The notes below the pieces were generated by a model. That model made no database searches. It was not told the DNA's origin and worked only from the letters and a program-made list of their open reading frames with translations. Shown here in pieces: positions 36,466 through 48,723 of a stretch of 64,000 bases of DNA. Every line of letters starts with the position of its first letter. The first letter of the stretch is position 1. The stretch lies in NCBI GenBank assembly GCA_964016885.1, contig OZ024757.1:27094001-27158000 (forward strand), read 5' to 3'. Source of the DNA: Eledone cirrhosa (lineage: Eukaryota). A program made the translations under genes and the position numbers.

Positions 36466-39400
36466 AACCTGTGCATGATCAGGTCGTCGGCGATTAAACC
36501 ATCAACCCCACCAAGCTTGCTTGGTTAGGAGGGTGACTTTGGACACCCTGCGGTATGAAAAACAAAACCTGTCAAAGGGCAGAGGAACTCAGATGAGTAA
36601 ACGACCATCCATTAGTGTTGTTTTTTGTTTATCTAGAGACTCCTAGTCTTCATTAAGACATCTCTCTAGGAGAGGCTCTTTCTGGTATAAAACCTGCCAC
36701 TTTGTTTGCATCCAATGATGTAGACCAGTTCTTCTTTTTGGATAAATGCATTCGATGTTCAGAGAGTGGGATTGGCCCCATGCAAAGCCTTTCCTTACTT
36801 AAAAAAGCTTCAAGCACAGGCATTGATTGATATGTGACATATTTTGCGATGCATGGTATTGCTGGTCATAGGCAAGTCCCGAGCAGGATTAAAAGCCAGA
36901 TCTGTGACACTCATGCTTAAGTATCAAGCTATGGCATTACTCAAAATAGAGTTGCAACTATCATATATATATGTATGTAATATATATATATCACACCTAA
37001 TTGCAGCAGTACAATCATACATTGCTATGAGGGCAAAGATGATGCTTTAGAAAAGATCAACTATGGAGGAATAAAACTAATGGTCCAAGTTATGAAAGTA
37101 ATAGTTATAGTACAGCTATAGTAAACTTAGTAAAGGGTCAGAAGGACTCTCCTGCTGTATCTAACATATGACAACCTCATTAGTGCTGTAACATAGCTAT
37201 GTTTGTTAGAATATGTTATAGCATGGCCTGGCTTTTTAGATTGTGCTGCAGCATGACCAAACTTGTTGTATGGTGATAATTTAGCGTAGGTAGGCTTTTT
37301 AGGTTGTGCTGTAGCATGGCCTGTCTATTTTTGCTGTGCCGCAGCATCGTTGGGCTGTTTAGATGGTGCTGTAGCACGGCCAGGATACTTGGAACATGAA
37401 TTCCTAAAATTTCGCGCATGCGCATTCAACTCCATCCAACCCAAGAAGAAAAGCAAATGGCCGACAGTTTGTAGAACTTTTCAAGCTCTACAAAAACGTG
37501 GTTTTCAAAGGGCATCCCTCCAAATAAAGGGTCAGAAGGACTCCCCTGCTGTATCTAAGACATGATAACCTCATTAGTGCTGGTGTCCTGATAAAAATGC
37601 ACTTCGTAATAGTGCTGTAGCATGGCCAGGTTTGTTAGAATATGTTGTAGCATGGCCTGGCTTTTTAGATTGTGCTGCAGCATGGCCTGGCTTTTTAGAT
37701 TGTGCTGCAGCATGGCGATGATGTAGCATAGCCAGGCTTTTTAGATTGTGCTGCAGCATGGCCTGGCTTTTGAGATTGTGCTGCAGCATGGCCTGGCTTT
37801 TTAGATGGTGCTGCAGCACGGCTAGGATACTTGGAACACGAATTCCTAAAATTTCGCGCATGCGCATTCAACTTCATCCAACCCAAGAAGAAAAGCAAAT
37901 GGCCGTCAGTGTGTAGAACTTTTCAAGCTCTACAAAAACGCTTGCTAAATGGTTTAAAAAAAAAAGAGACAATTGCAGTTTTCTGAAAGGTAACGTAGAT
38001 TTTTATATTACGAGATATTTTGGTAAATCTTTCCTTCTTAGTTCCCTCCATTATCAACCATTTTAACAGTAGTCTTTCTCTTCTTACCGTATTTCTAATG
38101 AAATACACAGACCACGTGTTCCAATTCATGTTGAAAATAAACAATAAAATGTAGGAATTTAATAATAAAATTCAACATGTTTTTTTTTTTATTCACAAAA
38201 AAAAAATCTAGTGTAGTTTTTTTTTAAACTCTTCCTAGTTTTCCCTGTAGCAGCTCTGTTGTCTTTAACAAATATTTCTATGTATTTGAAAGGTTCCTTC
38301 CAGATCGAGATCAAAGACCGTAAATTGTTGATTCAATTCTTCAGCAGTGCTAAATATTTTCTGAAACTGTTATAAATTCATTTTGTATTCTGTGGCAGAT
38401 TCTACGAGAGTGTCTTCTATGAAGTTTTCTCAGGTGTTTTAACGATAGAGTCCACAGCCCAATTACCAAATTCCCGCCCACATATTCCTATGGCAGCAGA
38501 CTCTTCAAACACTTCTTCCAGCGGATCCAAGAGTTATTTTCCACCCTGATAAAATGTGTGCCATAAATATATATATTTATTGGTCTTAGATAATTGTTGC
38601 TAAAGTGTTATAAATTAATTTCAGTTTTTAAAGCACTTTAACCCTCGTTATGTTCGTTCTACGGGAGTGCTTCACAAATGACGTTTGTCAGGTGTTTTAA
38701 CAAGAGGGTCCGCAGTCTGATTATTCACCAACACTACTCCGCCACATTCACCAACATCTATATATATATACATTTAAACTGGTCTTAAATAAACCTGTGG
38801 GTCAGGCCATTATAACGTGGAATCTTAGTTTATGTATTCTGGGCAAACATTTTGTTCTTTGTTCTCTTCATAATATCGTCATTAGCGGTAAGTGGGTCCG
38901 ATTCCTAGACTTGGTTGTGTATTGAGTTCTTGAGAAAAGATTTTATTTCACGTTATTCCAGTTGAACCTCTGGGCATCTATAGAACACAACAAAGATGAA
39001 TATAAATATTAGTTTAATTACCCCCCCCCCCCCCAAAAAAAAGACTTCTGACAGACTTTAGATATCAACCATTTGAAAAGCCTTTTTCATTCGTCACCAA
39101 CCCTCATGGTACCGTATTTCTAATGGAATACACAGCCCTTGCGCCTCGATTAATAATGAAAATTTTGAAGCAATTTAATAATGCATTTTTTTATATATAG
39201 GCCAGCAATTATGGCGGTGGTCGATTAAATTGACCCAGTGCGTGACTGGTACTTTATTTTATCGACCCCGTAAGGATGGAAGGCAAAGTTAACCTTGGCT
39301 GGATCTGAACTCAGAATGTAAAGGGCTGTAACTATCGTTAACTTGTGTATAGGTCACTTAATCTAATGGAGATCGCCTTTGTGGAAAACCTCTGCTATTG

Positions 39401-40748
39401 TCTTTAGTACTTTGGTCCTATTCCACCCAGTTACTCAGAGATATTTCATGAGATTGTAGGCAGATATTTATACCAACCTTTGACCTGCAATCCTACTTTT
39501 TAAAGAACTCTCTCTCAGTACGCCTGTCCTTCTCGTAATCATAGCTGAAGTATTGATCAGTATTAATATCGATTAACTTTTCACCACGTGAGTTCAATTC
39601 TCAATCATTAGGTGAGAGAGTGACGTCTTGGGTGCCATTTATCATAAGCACCAGTTAACCCATGTCCTGTGGGTGAAATTTGGTGAACTGGAACTGTCTG
39701 GAAGCTTGTGAGTTTTAATTTAAAGAGTCAGTCTTGTCACACTCCGTGCCAAACTTCAGTTTTTCTTCCCATAGTGGTGACAGTGTTGGACTTACGTTCA
39801 TAATGTGATGAGTTCAATTCCTGGATCGTGTTGTGTTTTGAGCAATACATTTCATTTCACGTGGCTCCAGTATACTTAGCTGAACATGAGTACCAGCAGT
39901 ATCTTAGGGGAGAGGGTAACCCTGCCATAGAATGGCGTCCTACTCATGGGAAGTCTCGTATTTTCAGTTGATTAACGCCAAGCAGACTAATAGACACCGG
40001 CTTAATGACAACCATCCTGCTCCGTAAGGGTAGACCCCTCGGTTAGGATGTCAAACGTTGGGACGTCTGCCCCTCATGTGATTGAGTGTTTGGGGCCGGA
40101 GACTTCCGATGTTCTTGGCCCCACGCACGGCTATCGGAGCGGAGTTAACTACCCACAAATGTGGTGCAGTAGTTGTTTCAGTAAGTCTCCCTAGCTCTGG
40201 AACCAGGAGACAGACTGACCCTGAAGTTTCATTTATGGTGGGGGCATGTAGAATATATTTACTTAAGCACTATTGTTATATTATTAAAAAATGAAAAACC
40301 TGTGTTTGTTTTTTATTCACAAAATTAATGTTGAAATTAAACAATAAAATGTAGGGATTTATTAATAAAATTCAACATGCTTCCTTTTTATTCACAGAAA
40401 ACATAGTTTTCCCTGCAACAGCTCTGTTGTCTTTAACAAATCTTTCAAGATTGAGATGAAAGACCGTAAATTGTTGATTCAATTCTTCAGCAGTGTTAAA
40501 TATTTTCTGACACTAATCACCATTTAACATTGTTAGTTAGTCGGCGATTGTCTTGTGGCCTTAAACCCCCAAAGTATGTGGAGGTTCTCTGGTTTGTCGC
40601 GAGCCCAGAAGCTTATCTCGTAAAATGACAGAGTACAAGACTCCAATGCAGGGTTAAAGCCTGTCTCAAGCCAGGAGACTCATTAAGCTTATCCTGGTTT
40701 CGTCCCTTAAAGTGACAGAGTACAAGATGCCAGTCCATCACAAGGTTA
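36466..40748 (+). repeat. Left arm of a large inverted duplication
   Basis: 36466-37050, 37500-38170 and 39195-40748 are reverse complements of 51350-51941, 50530-51300 and 48724-50335; ORFs 40082+ and 49165- are nearly identical. Confidence 0.92.
37615..37830. repeat. 30-bp degenerate tandem repeat (also 37216-37380, 50870-51190, 53875-54260)
   Basis: Unit ~ccaggccatgctgcagcacaatctaaaaag. Confidence 0.85.
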
Positions 40749-42224
40749 TTTCGCCATCATTAAGTCCCAGGTTCGATCACATCCCATTTGAAACTGGGTA
40801 TATAGAAGTCTGTCATCTGTAATTCAAATGGCCAGGCTTATACCGCTGAATCTCCTTCAGGATTACGTATGTTCGTAATTATAGTTTTACTTCTAGTGCT
40901 GTAGCATGGCCATGATACATGGAACATGCGCACTGGGTTTCTGAATCTCGCGCTTGCGCATTCAACTCCGTCCAAAACAAGAAAAAAAAATGGCCGTCAG
41001 TTTGTAGAATGTTACAAGCTTTACAGAATCTCTTGCTAAATGGTTTAACAATGGACAGTAACAGCTTTCTGAAAGGTAACGTAGATTTTTATATTATGTA
41101 TGGTCTACTATTTACCTAGTTGTTCTCTTGTTAACGTATTCTTAATTAAATATACACTCATCTTTTTCAATACATTGCGAATATAATAAAATTTAATTTA
41201 TATTTTTTGTCAATAAATATGTATCTAGTATAGTTTAAAAATTGTTCCTTGGGTAGTTCCTTTGTCTTTATCAAATCCTTCTGTCAACTATTTCTCCCCA
41301 TCAACATCTAACACTTAGCAATCGAACGTGGTGGTTTCGATTGTTGACTTTTCCAAAAGTTGCCCACCTCTTGCAATCTTTCCGAGGTACAGATCGTGTT
41401 GTGTTCTTGAGAAAAACACTTCATTCCACGTTGCTCCAGTAGTATCATGGGGTTTCGTACTTCCAGTTGATTAACGCCAAGCAGACTGTAATAGACACCT
41501 GGTTAATAGACTTCTTAATCATCCAAGAACAGTGTTGATTATTTTGTCAGACACTGAACCATTTTTACTTGCTGGTAATAAATATATACACACTAGTTCC
41601 ACTCTGAGGAGGCGAGAGACGTGGCCAGTCGATCTATGTTTGCCCTTTTTGATGGTCTCGATTAAGTTCATTCCTATCTGCTGTCGAATACAGGTGTGTT
41701 GCTCTTCCTCTTATGATTTGCTCCATTGCCCCTCACGGTGGTCTTGGACGGACCGTGCCTCAATGTGCCGGCCCAGAATAGTCCCACTTCGATTGGGAAC
41801 TAGAAGGACTTTTCCAAAAGTTGCCCACCTCTTGCAATCTTTACACACAATAAGTCTCTCCCATTTGACTTTGTCGATGGGGGTAAATCTTATCTTCTTG
41901 CTCCTCAGAACGTACATAAACGAAATTCAGCACATGGAGTTATACATTACACATACATATAAATATCTTTTATTGTTGTTTCGATAATGAACATCAATAA
42001 TAAATAAGAACTTCATAAAATAGAATTCAATGTGTTTTTATTGACAAAAATGTATTTAAATACACGAGAAATATTGTTTAATTCTTCTCTTATGTTCTTT
42101 ATAGATATGTCCAGCCACACAAGTGTTCTGTATGAACTAAGTCTGTAATAAAACAATTTTATCATATACTTTATTGTGTTATTTATTTATTCCTGGAATG
42201 AAGGTAAAACCTATTTTAAACAGC

Positions 42225-43100
42225 CGCATCAAGGTTTCGAATCCAACAGTCGCTCCAAAAATGGTTGTCCAATAAACAATGTAGACGGTGTCTTCAATGG
42301 TTCTATTTTCAGGAAAGAAAAAGAAAAGGAATTTAAAGAAAGAACCATCAGGGGTTCGAATCTAATAGTAAGTACCACCAAGGGAATAAAAGTAAGTATC
42401 AATAAAGAATGTCAACAATGTGGAAAGTATCATTGACGGTTCGAATCCAACAGTCGTCTAAGAATCTAATTAACCATCAAGGGTTCTAAGTAACAAAAAT
42501 GTAATAAGAACCCTGAAGTATGTAAAGAAAGTATCTCAGGTTCGAATCCAACTGTCTTCCAAGAATGTAGTAACCATCGTGGGTTCTAAGAATGTAAAGA
42601 ATGTAGTAAGAAGTATCATCCAGGGTTAGAATGTAATAAGAACCTTGAAGTATGTAAAGAAAGTATCAAGGGTTCGAATCTTAGTCAAGAATGTAGCAAG
42701 AAGTATCAAGGATTAGAATCTTATAATGTAGGAAGAAGTATCTAAGGTTCTAATCCACTGTCTTCCAAGAATGTAAGTGAAATTGTGGGTTCTAAGAATC
42801 TAAACAGTCTCTTTATATAGAAACTAAGTTAAGAAGGTTCTAATCCACTGTCTTCCAAGAATGTAAGTGAAATTGTGGGTTTTAAGAATGTAAACCGTCT
42901 CTTTATATAGAAACTAAGTTAAGAAGGTTCTAATCCAGTGTCTTCCAAGAATGTAATTAACCCTCAAGGTTCTAAGAAACTATGTTAAGAAGGTTCAAAT
43001 CAAACTGTCTTCCAAAAATGTAATTAACCCTCAAGGGTTCTAAGAAACTATGTTAAGAAGGTTCGAATCCAACTGTCTTCCAAGAATGTAATTAACATCT
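42225..43100 (+). repeat. Degenerate tandem array containing about 10 GGTTC(G/T)AATC motifs
   Basis: Motifs at about 42234, 42353, 42438, 42539, 42671, 42746, 42836, 42926, 42992 and 43060. Confidence 0.8.
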
Positions 43101-43534
43101 AAGGTTTTCTTCTAATATGAGCCTTGTAATATGTAAATGAAACTTCAAAAGTGTAATTAAGATTCTCTCTAATATATTTCTAAGAAAAAATTTCTTCTAA
43201 TATGCAAATGAGCAAATTAGATATGTAAATGAAGCTTCAAGAATCCAATTAAGATTCTCTCTAGATATTAAGATTCTTTCTAATATGTAAATGAACTTCA
43301 AACTCATTTGCATATTATTGAAATTTTGAAAAAGAATTCTTCACGGTGGTCAGGGACGGGCCTTGCATCTATGTGCCGGCCCCGAATAGTCCCAGGCCTA
43401 TGCAATCGTACGCCACTACGAATCGAACGCCAGACAGGGGGACTGGTAGAACGAGACGCAGTTCGCACGCCACCGCGAAGGCCGCAATTCTACTGAGTTA
43501 AATAGTGGTACTTATGCCTACTTTGGAAATATTT

Positions 43535-46335
43535 TGATCAAAAAAAAATTAATATATGCAAACGGAACAAAGGGAAGTAATTCTGGATTCAAATATTTTT
43601 TTCATAAGACAATTATTAATGCATTGGTGGTGCTGCGAAGACGGGGTTTTCGATGTCTGCCAACGGATTGTTTAGGGAGTTTAATTATGGGGGTTTATCG
43701 AAGTTCGATGGTGACCCTTTCTACAATTCAGGACCCTTTGATGTCTACAAGATGTTGCGATAGAGACGCAAGTTAGACGTGAGAGGGTAGCCAGCTTTGT
43801 TTACAGTCGAGCGATAGCCATAGAAGATTATACAGGTTAGACGTGAGAGGGTAGCCAGCTTTGTTTACAGTCGAGCGATAGCCATAGAAGATTATACAGG
43901 TTAGACATGTCTTTTAACCGCTTTTTTGGCGACCGTACATGCCTTTGGCCCTCTAAGCGAGCGTTAGCCACAGAGACGATCTTACAAGCCAGAGAGGACA
44001 TTGAGCCTTTGAGAGGGGAGGACATTTAACTTGAGTGTTCTCAGTCCTAGAAGGACACTGAGGTGTGGATACACACAACACTTCCACTGAAATATGTACT
44101 GCTTTTACAGTCACCAAAGAAGGCAGGAACTGACATATGTACAGTCACCCAATGATCCATAAGAGAAGAACAAGACAGTCACCATCGGTTTTCGATTGAC
44201 AACCATAACTACACCCCGTAACAATACACATATATCACCAGCAACATATTAACAATTTTGTAATGAAAAATATATATTCACACCTGAATTACTTCCATTT
44301 ATGCCGTTTACATATATTATTTTGGCAACAAATAATTAAAAATATAGATACAAATGTGACTAATACGTACCTTGATGGACTCCAGGTTTAAGGGTGTGGC
44401 CACAGGGAAGGGGTAAAGTGTGCCATTGGAGGGACAGCTACCACAATATACTGTATATCAGGGACGTTAAAAGACAGACCCATCTAGAGTTATAACTATA
44501 GACCGTATGGAAGGCTAGCTATTACAATATACTGTATAACAGGAACGTTAAAAGACAGGCACATCCTTACATTAGATGTAATTGTGGGCTGTAAGTATAG
44601 ACAGACCCAACATTATATTAGATGTAACAGTGGGCCGTGTGGAGGGACAGCTACCGCAATATACTGTATATCAGGGACGTTAAAAGACAGGTCCACCTTT
44701 TTATAAGCAGCAACTATGGGTCGTATGGAGTGAGAGACAGACACAACATTATATTAGATGTAATTACCGCAATGTAGTATATCTAGGACGTTAAAAGACA
44801 GACGCATCCTTATATTAGATGTAATTGTGGGTTGTCTAAGAATGTAGTAACCATCAAGGGTTCTAAGTATCAAGAATGTAAAGCAAGTATCTAAGGTTCG
44901 GATTCAACTGTCTTCCAAGAATCTAATTAACCATCAGGGGTTCTAAGTATCAAAAATGTTGATTATAAAAAAATTAATATATGCAAACGGAACAAAGGGA
45001 AGTAATTCTGGACTCAAATATTTTTTTCATGAGACAATTATTAATGCATTGGTGGTGCTGTGAAAAAGGGGGTTTTCGATGTTTGCCAACGGATTGTTTA
45101 GGGAGTTTAATTATGGGGGTTTATCGAAGTTCGATGGTGACCCTTTCTACAATTCAAAATGTTGCGATAGAGACGCAAGTTAGACATGTCTTTCAACCGC
45201 GAGAAGGTAGCCAGTTTTGTTTACAGTTGAGCGATAGCCATAGAAGGTTAGACATGTCTTTTAACCGCTTTTTTGGCGACCTTATGTACATGCCTTTGGC
45301 CCTCTAAGCGAGCGTTAGCCATAGAGACGATCTTACAAGCCAGAGAGGACATTTAACTTGACTGTTCTCAGTCCTAGAAGGAAACTGAGGTGTGATACAC
45401 ACAACACTTCCACTGAAATATGTACTGCTTTTACAGTCACCAAAGGAGGCAGGAACTGACATATGTACAGTCACCAAATGATCCACAAGAGAAGAACAAG
45501 ACAGTCACCATCGGTTTTCGATTGACAACCATAACTACACCCCGTATATAATAATACACATATATCACCAGCAACACATTAACAATTTTGTAATGAAAAA
45601 TATATATTCACACCTGAATTACTTCCATTTATGCCGTTTACATATATTATTTTGTCAACAAATAATTAAAAATATAGATACAAATGTGACTAATACGGAG
45701 CTTGATGGACTCCAGGTTTAAGGGTGTGACCACAGGGAAGGGGTAAAGTGTGCCATTGACAGATGTTACGAGACAGGCCTAACCTTTTATAAGCTGCCGT
45801 ATGGAGGGACAGCTATCACAATATACTGTATATCAGGGGCATTAAAATACAGACCTATTGTTATATTACATGTAACTGTGAGCCGTGTGTGGGGACAGCT
45901 AACACTGTATATCAGGGACGTTAAAAGACAGGCCCATCTTTAGATATAACTATAGACTGTATGGAGGGGTAGCTATTACATTATACTGTATATCAGGGAC
46001 GTTATAAGACAGGTCTCCTTATATTCGATGTCTGTATATCAGGGACGTTATAAGACAGGTCCACCTTTTTATAAGCTGCAACTATGGGCCATATGGAGTG
46101 AGAGACAGACACAACATTATATTATATGTAATTACCACAATGCACTGTATATCTAGGACGTTAAAAGACAGACACATCCTTATATTAGATGTAATTGTGG
46201 GTTGTCTAAGAATGTAAAGCAAGTATCTAAGGTTCGAATTCAACTGTCTTCCAAGAATCTAATTAACCATCAAGGGTTCTAAGTATCAAAAATGTAATAA
46301 GAACCTTCAAGTATGTAAAGAAAGTATCTGAGGTT
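43535..46335 (+). repeat. ~1.4-kb tandem duplication (2 copies; third partial copy at 47900-48610)
   Basis: aaaaattaatatatgcaaacggaacaaaggg starts both copies (about 43543 and 44968); shared downstream blocks. Confidence 0.9.
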
Positions 46336-47179
46336 GTATGGATAGACAGACAGACCTAACATTATAGCAGATGTAACTGTGGGCCGTTATATATATACAC
46401 CTCGATATCTCATCAGATATGCACATTTATGTGTGCAAAAGCGCCGCATGTAACTTTAATTACACACTTACCTAACATATGGCGGCGATCGAGTAATTGA
46501 ACTGTAGACTCTAGCGGTAAAATAGCCGAAAAAGCCTAATAGGGGACACACCCTAGATGCAGAGTACAATCATGACAGGGGCCCGGCTTTGCCTCGATAT
46601 CTTATCAGATATGCGAGTTTATGTGCACATTCGCTGGTAACAGTAATTACGGACTTACCTAACATATATGTGTGTAGTTGGCGGGGATCGGGTAAGTGGG
46701 CTGTACACCCGATAAAACCTCATAGGAGACACCCGTATTATAACAGAGCTGCTACAGGGAAAACTAGGAAGAGTATAAAAAAAAACTACACAAGATATAT
46801 TTTTTGTGAATAAAAAGAAACATGTTGAATTTTAGTATTAAATCCCTACATTTTATTTATTTTCAACACTGGAAGCCTTAGTCCCACTCCTAGATGCAGG
46901 GATCTCGTCGTTTGATTTGATCTGGGGACAATATCGTTCGGCACACCCTGAATGACGAAGCAGCCTTCTCTAGGGACAGTGCTGCTTGCTCCATATGGAG
47001 AGGGGTCTAGAAAAGTTGTGCTAAACCACAGTATACTGTATATCAGGGACGTTAAAAGGCAGGCCCATTCTTTTATCTCAGAGAAAGTCTTGCTGAGTAT
47101 CACTTCGGAGGTATTCCTCCGGATCGTCTCCCACACCACCCAGTTGGCAAACCGTGGTCAACGGGCATCTTTTCACACG

Positions 47180-47400
47180 GCCGAAAATCATCAAAGAATA
47201 AAAAGTAAACACCCACCTTCAATGGACCAAAAATCACATGCTGGAACCTCAGGACCTTGCTAGACAGTCAACCAGAGTATGTCAATCTGTTCTAATTCCA
47301 CACCAACTGTCAACACTGAATGTTGATATCGCTGGTCTCAGTGAGGTCCACTTCCCAGAGGAAGGCCGCCTACAAGACCATGGTAGAGACACCCGCCTAC
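47180..47400 (+). mobile_element. RTE LINE 5' region / AP-endonuclease N-terminus fragment
   Basis: CWNLRTLLDS..LNVDIAGLSEVHFPEEGRL resembles the RTE EN start. Confidence 0.65.
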
Positions 47401-47741
47401 ATGGAGTTTGGAAATAATTTGTAATAAATAAAATCATTAATGTATTTATATATCGACTTTTTCGTCAAATCGGACCGAGGAAACAATGTTTCCATTGGTC
47501 TTTCCAATTGCTAGTACTATCTATCGGTCGCAACTCCAGGTAGAAGACTCAGACTCAGAAGCTCCTGCGACGCATGATGAAATCATAATGTTCCATAGAA
47601 GGAGCAACGTGAAATAAAGTGTCTTGCCCGAGGACATAATGCACCTCACGATTGTGAATCCAATTCTCTAACCACTCAGCCACGCGCCTTCACATATACT
47701 ATGTATAAATAATATATAAAGGAAATTATTGTGGACTTTGT

Positions 47742-47850
47742 AGTCACGTGTGTTAGACAAATGGAATTCAAAAAGGTGCTCAGGGTTGTTGTTAACAAGA
47801 TGGTTAATAATTTTATGGGTGTTTACCAAGTCAGTTGCCAGATGTCGGGG
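47742..47850 (-). mobile_element. CR1/L2-type LINE fragment
   Basis: LATDLVNTHKIINHLVNNNPEHLFEF, matching the 27507 ORF. Confidence 0.8.
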
Positions 47851-48723
47851 CATATATTTTTTATTTTACTATATTTATATTGACACATAAACCGCTTTGT
47901 TTACCCTCCAGCCATCTTTGGTTACAAACGAGCGATAGCCATAGAAGATTATACAGGTTAGACATGTCTTTTAACCGTTTTTTGGGCGACCTTATGTACA
48001 TACACTACATGTCATTGGCCACAGAGATCTTACAAGCCAGAGAAGACATTGAGCATTCGAGAGGGGAGGACATTTAACTCGGGTGTTCTCAATCCTGGAA
48101 GGAGACTGAGGTGTGACACACACAACCCTGAAATATGTACAGTCACCAAAGGAGGCAGGAACTGACATATGTACAGTCACCCAATGATTCACAAGAGTCA
48201 CCATCGGTTTTCGATTGACAACCATAACTACACCCCGTAACAATACACATACATCACTAGCAACACATTAACAATTTTCTAATGAAAAATATATTCACAC
48301 CTGAATTACTTCCATTTATGCCGTTTACATATAATTAAAAATATAGATACAAATGTAAGTAATACGTACCTTGATGGACTCCAGGTTTAAGGGTGTGGCT
48401 ATAGAAGAGGGGACGGTAAAGTGTGCCATTGACACATGACCCCAATTCTTGGGATGTTAAGAGACAGGCCTAACTTTTATAAGCTGCTACTGTGGGCCGT
48501 ATGGAGCGAGAGACAGACCCAAACTTAGATGTAACAACTGCCGTATAGAGGGACAGCTACCACAATATACTCTATATCTGGGACGTTAAAAGACAGACCT
48601 ACCCATAGATATGTGAGCTGTATATACAGAGGAAGAAAGTGACCGAAAGCTGAAATGAATTTACAATTGTTTTTACGGTCAGTATAATACAGTTGGAAAT
48701 GAGTACCAGCAATAAGTGGGGGG

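Noticed and set aside
42225-43100. tRNA gene cluster
   Set aside because: Only the B-box/T-loop motif is present; no acceptor, D or anticodon arms could be folded
44440-46180. Repeat-spacer-like cagggacgttaaaagacag series as a CRISPR-type array
   Set aside because: Spacers are homologous to each other and irregular in length, so this is a degenerate minisatellite
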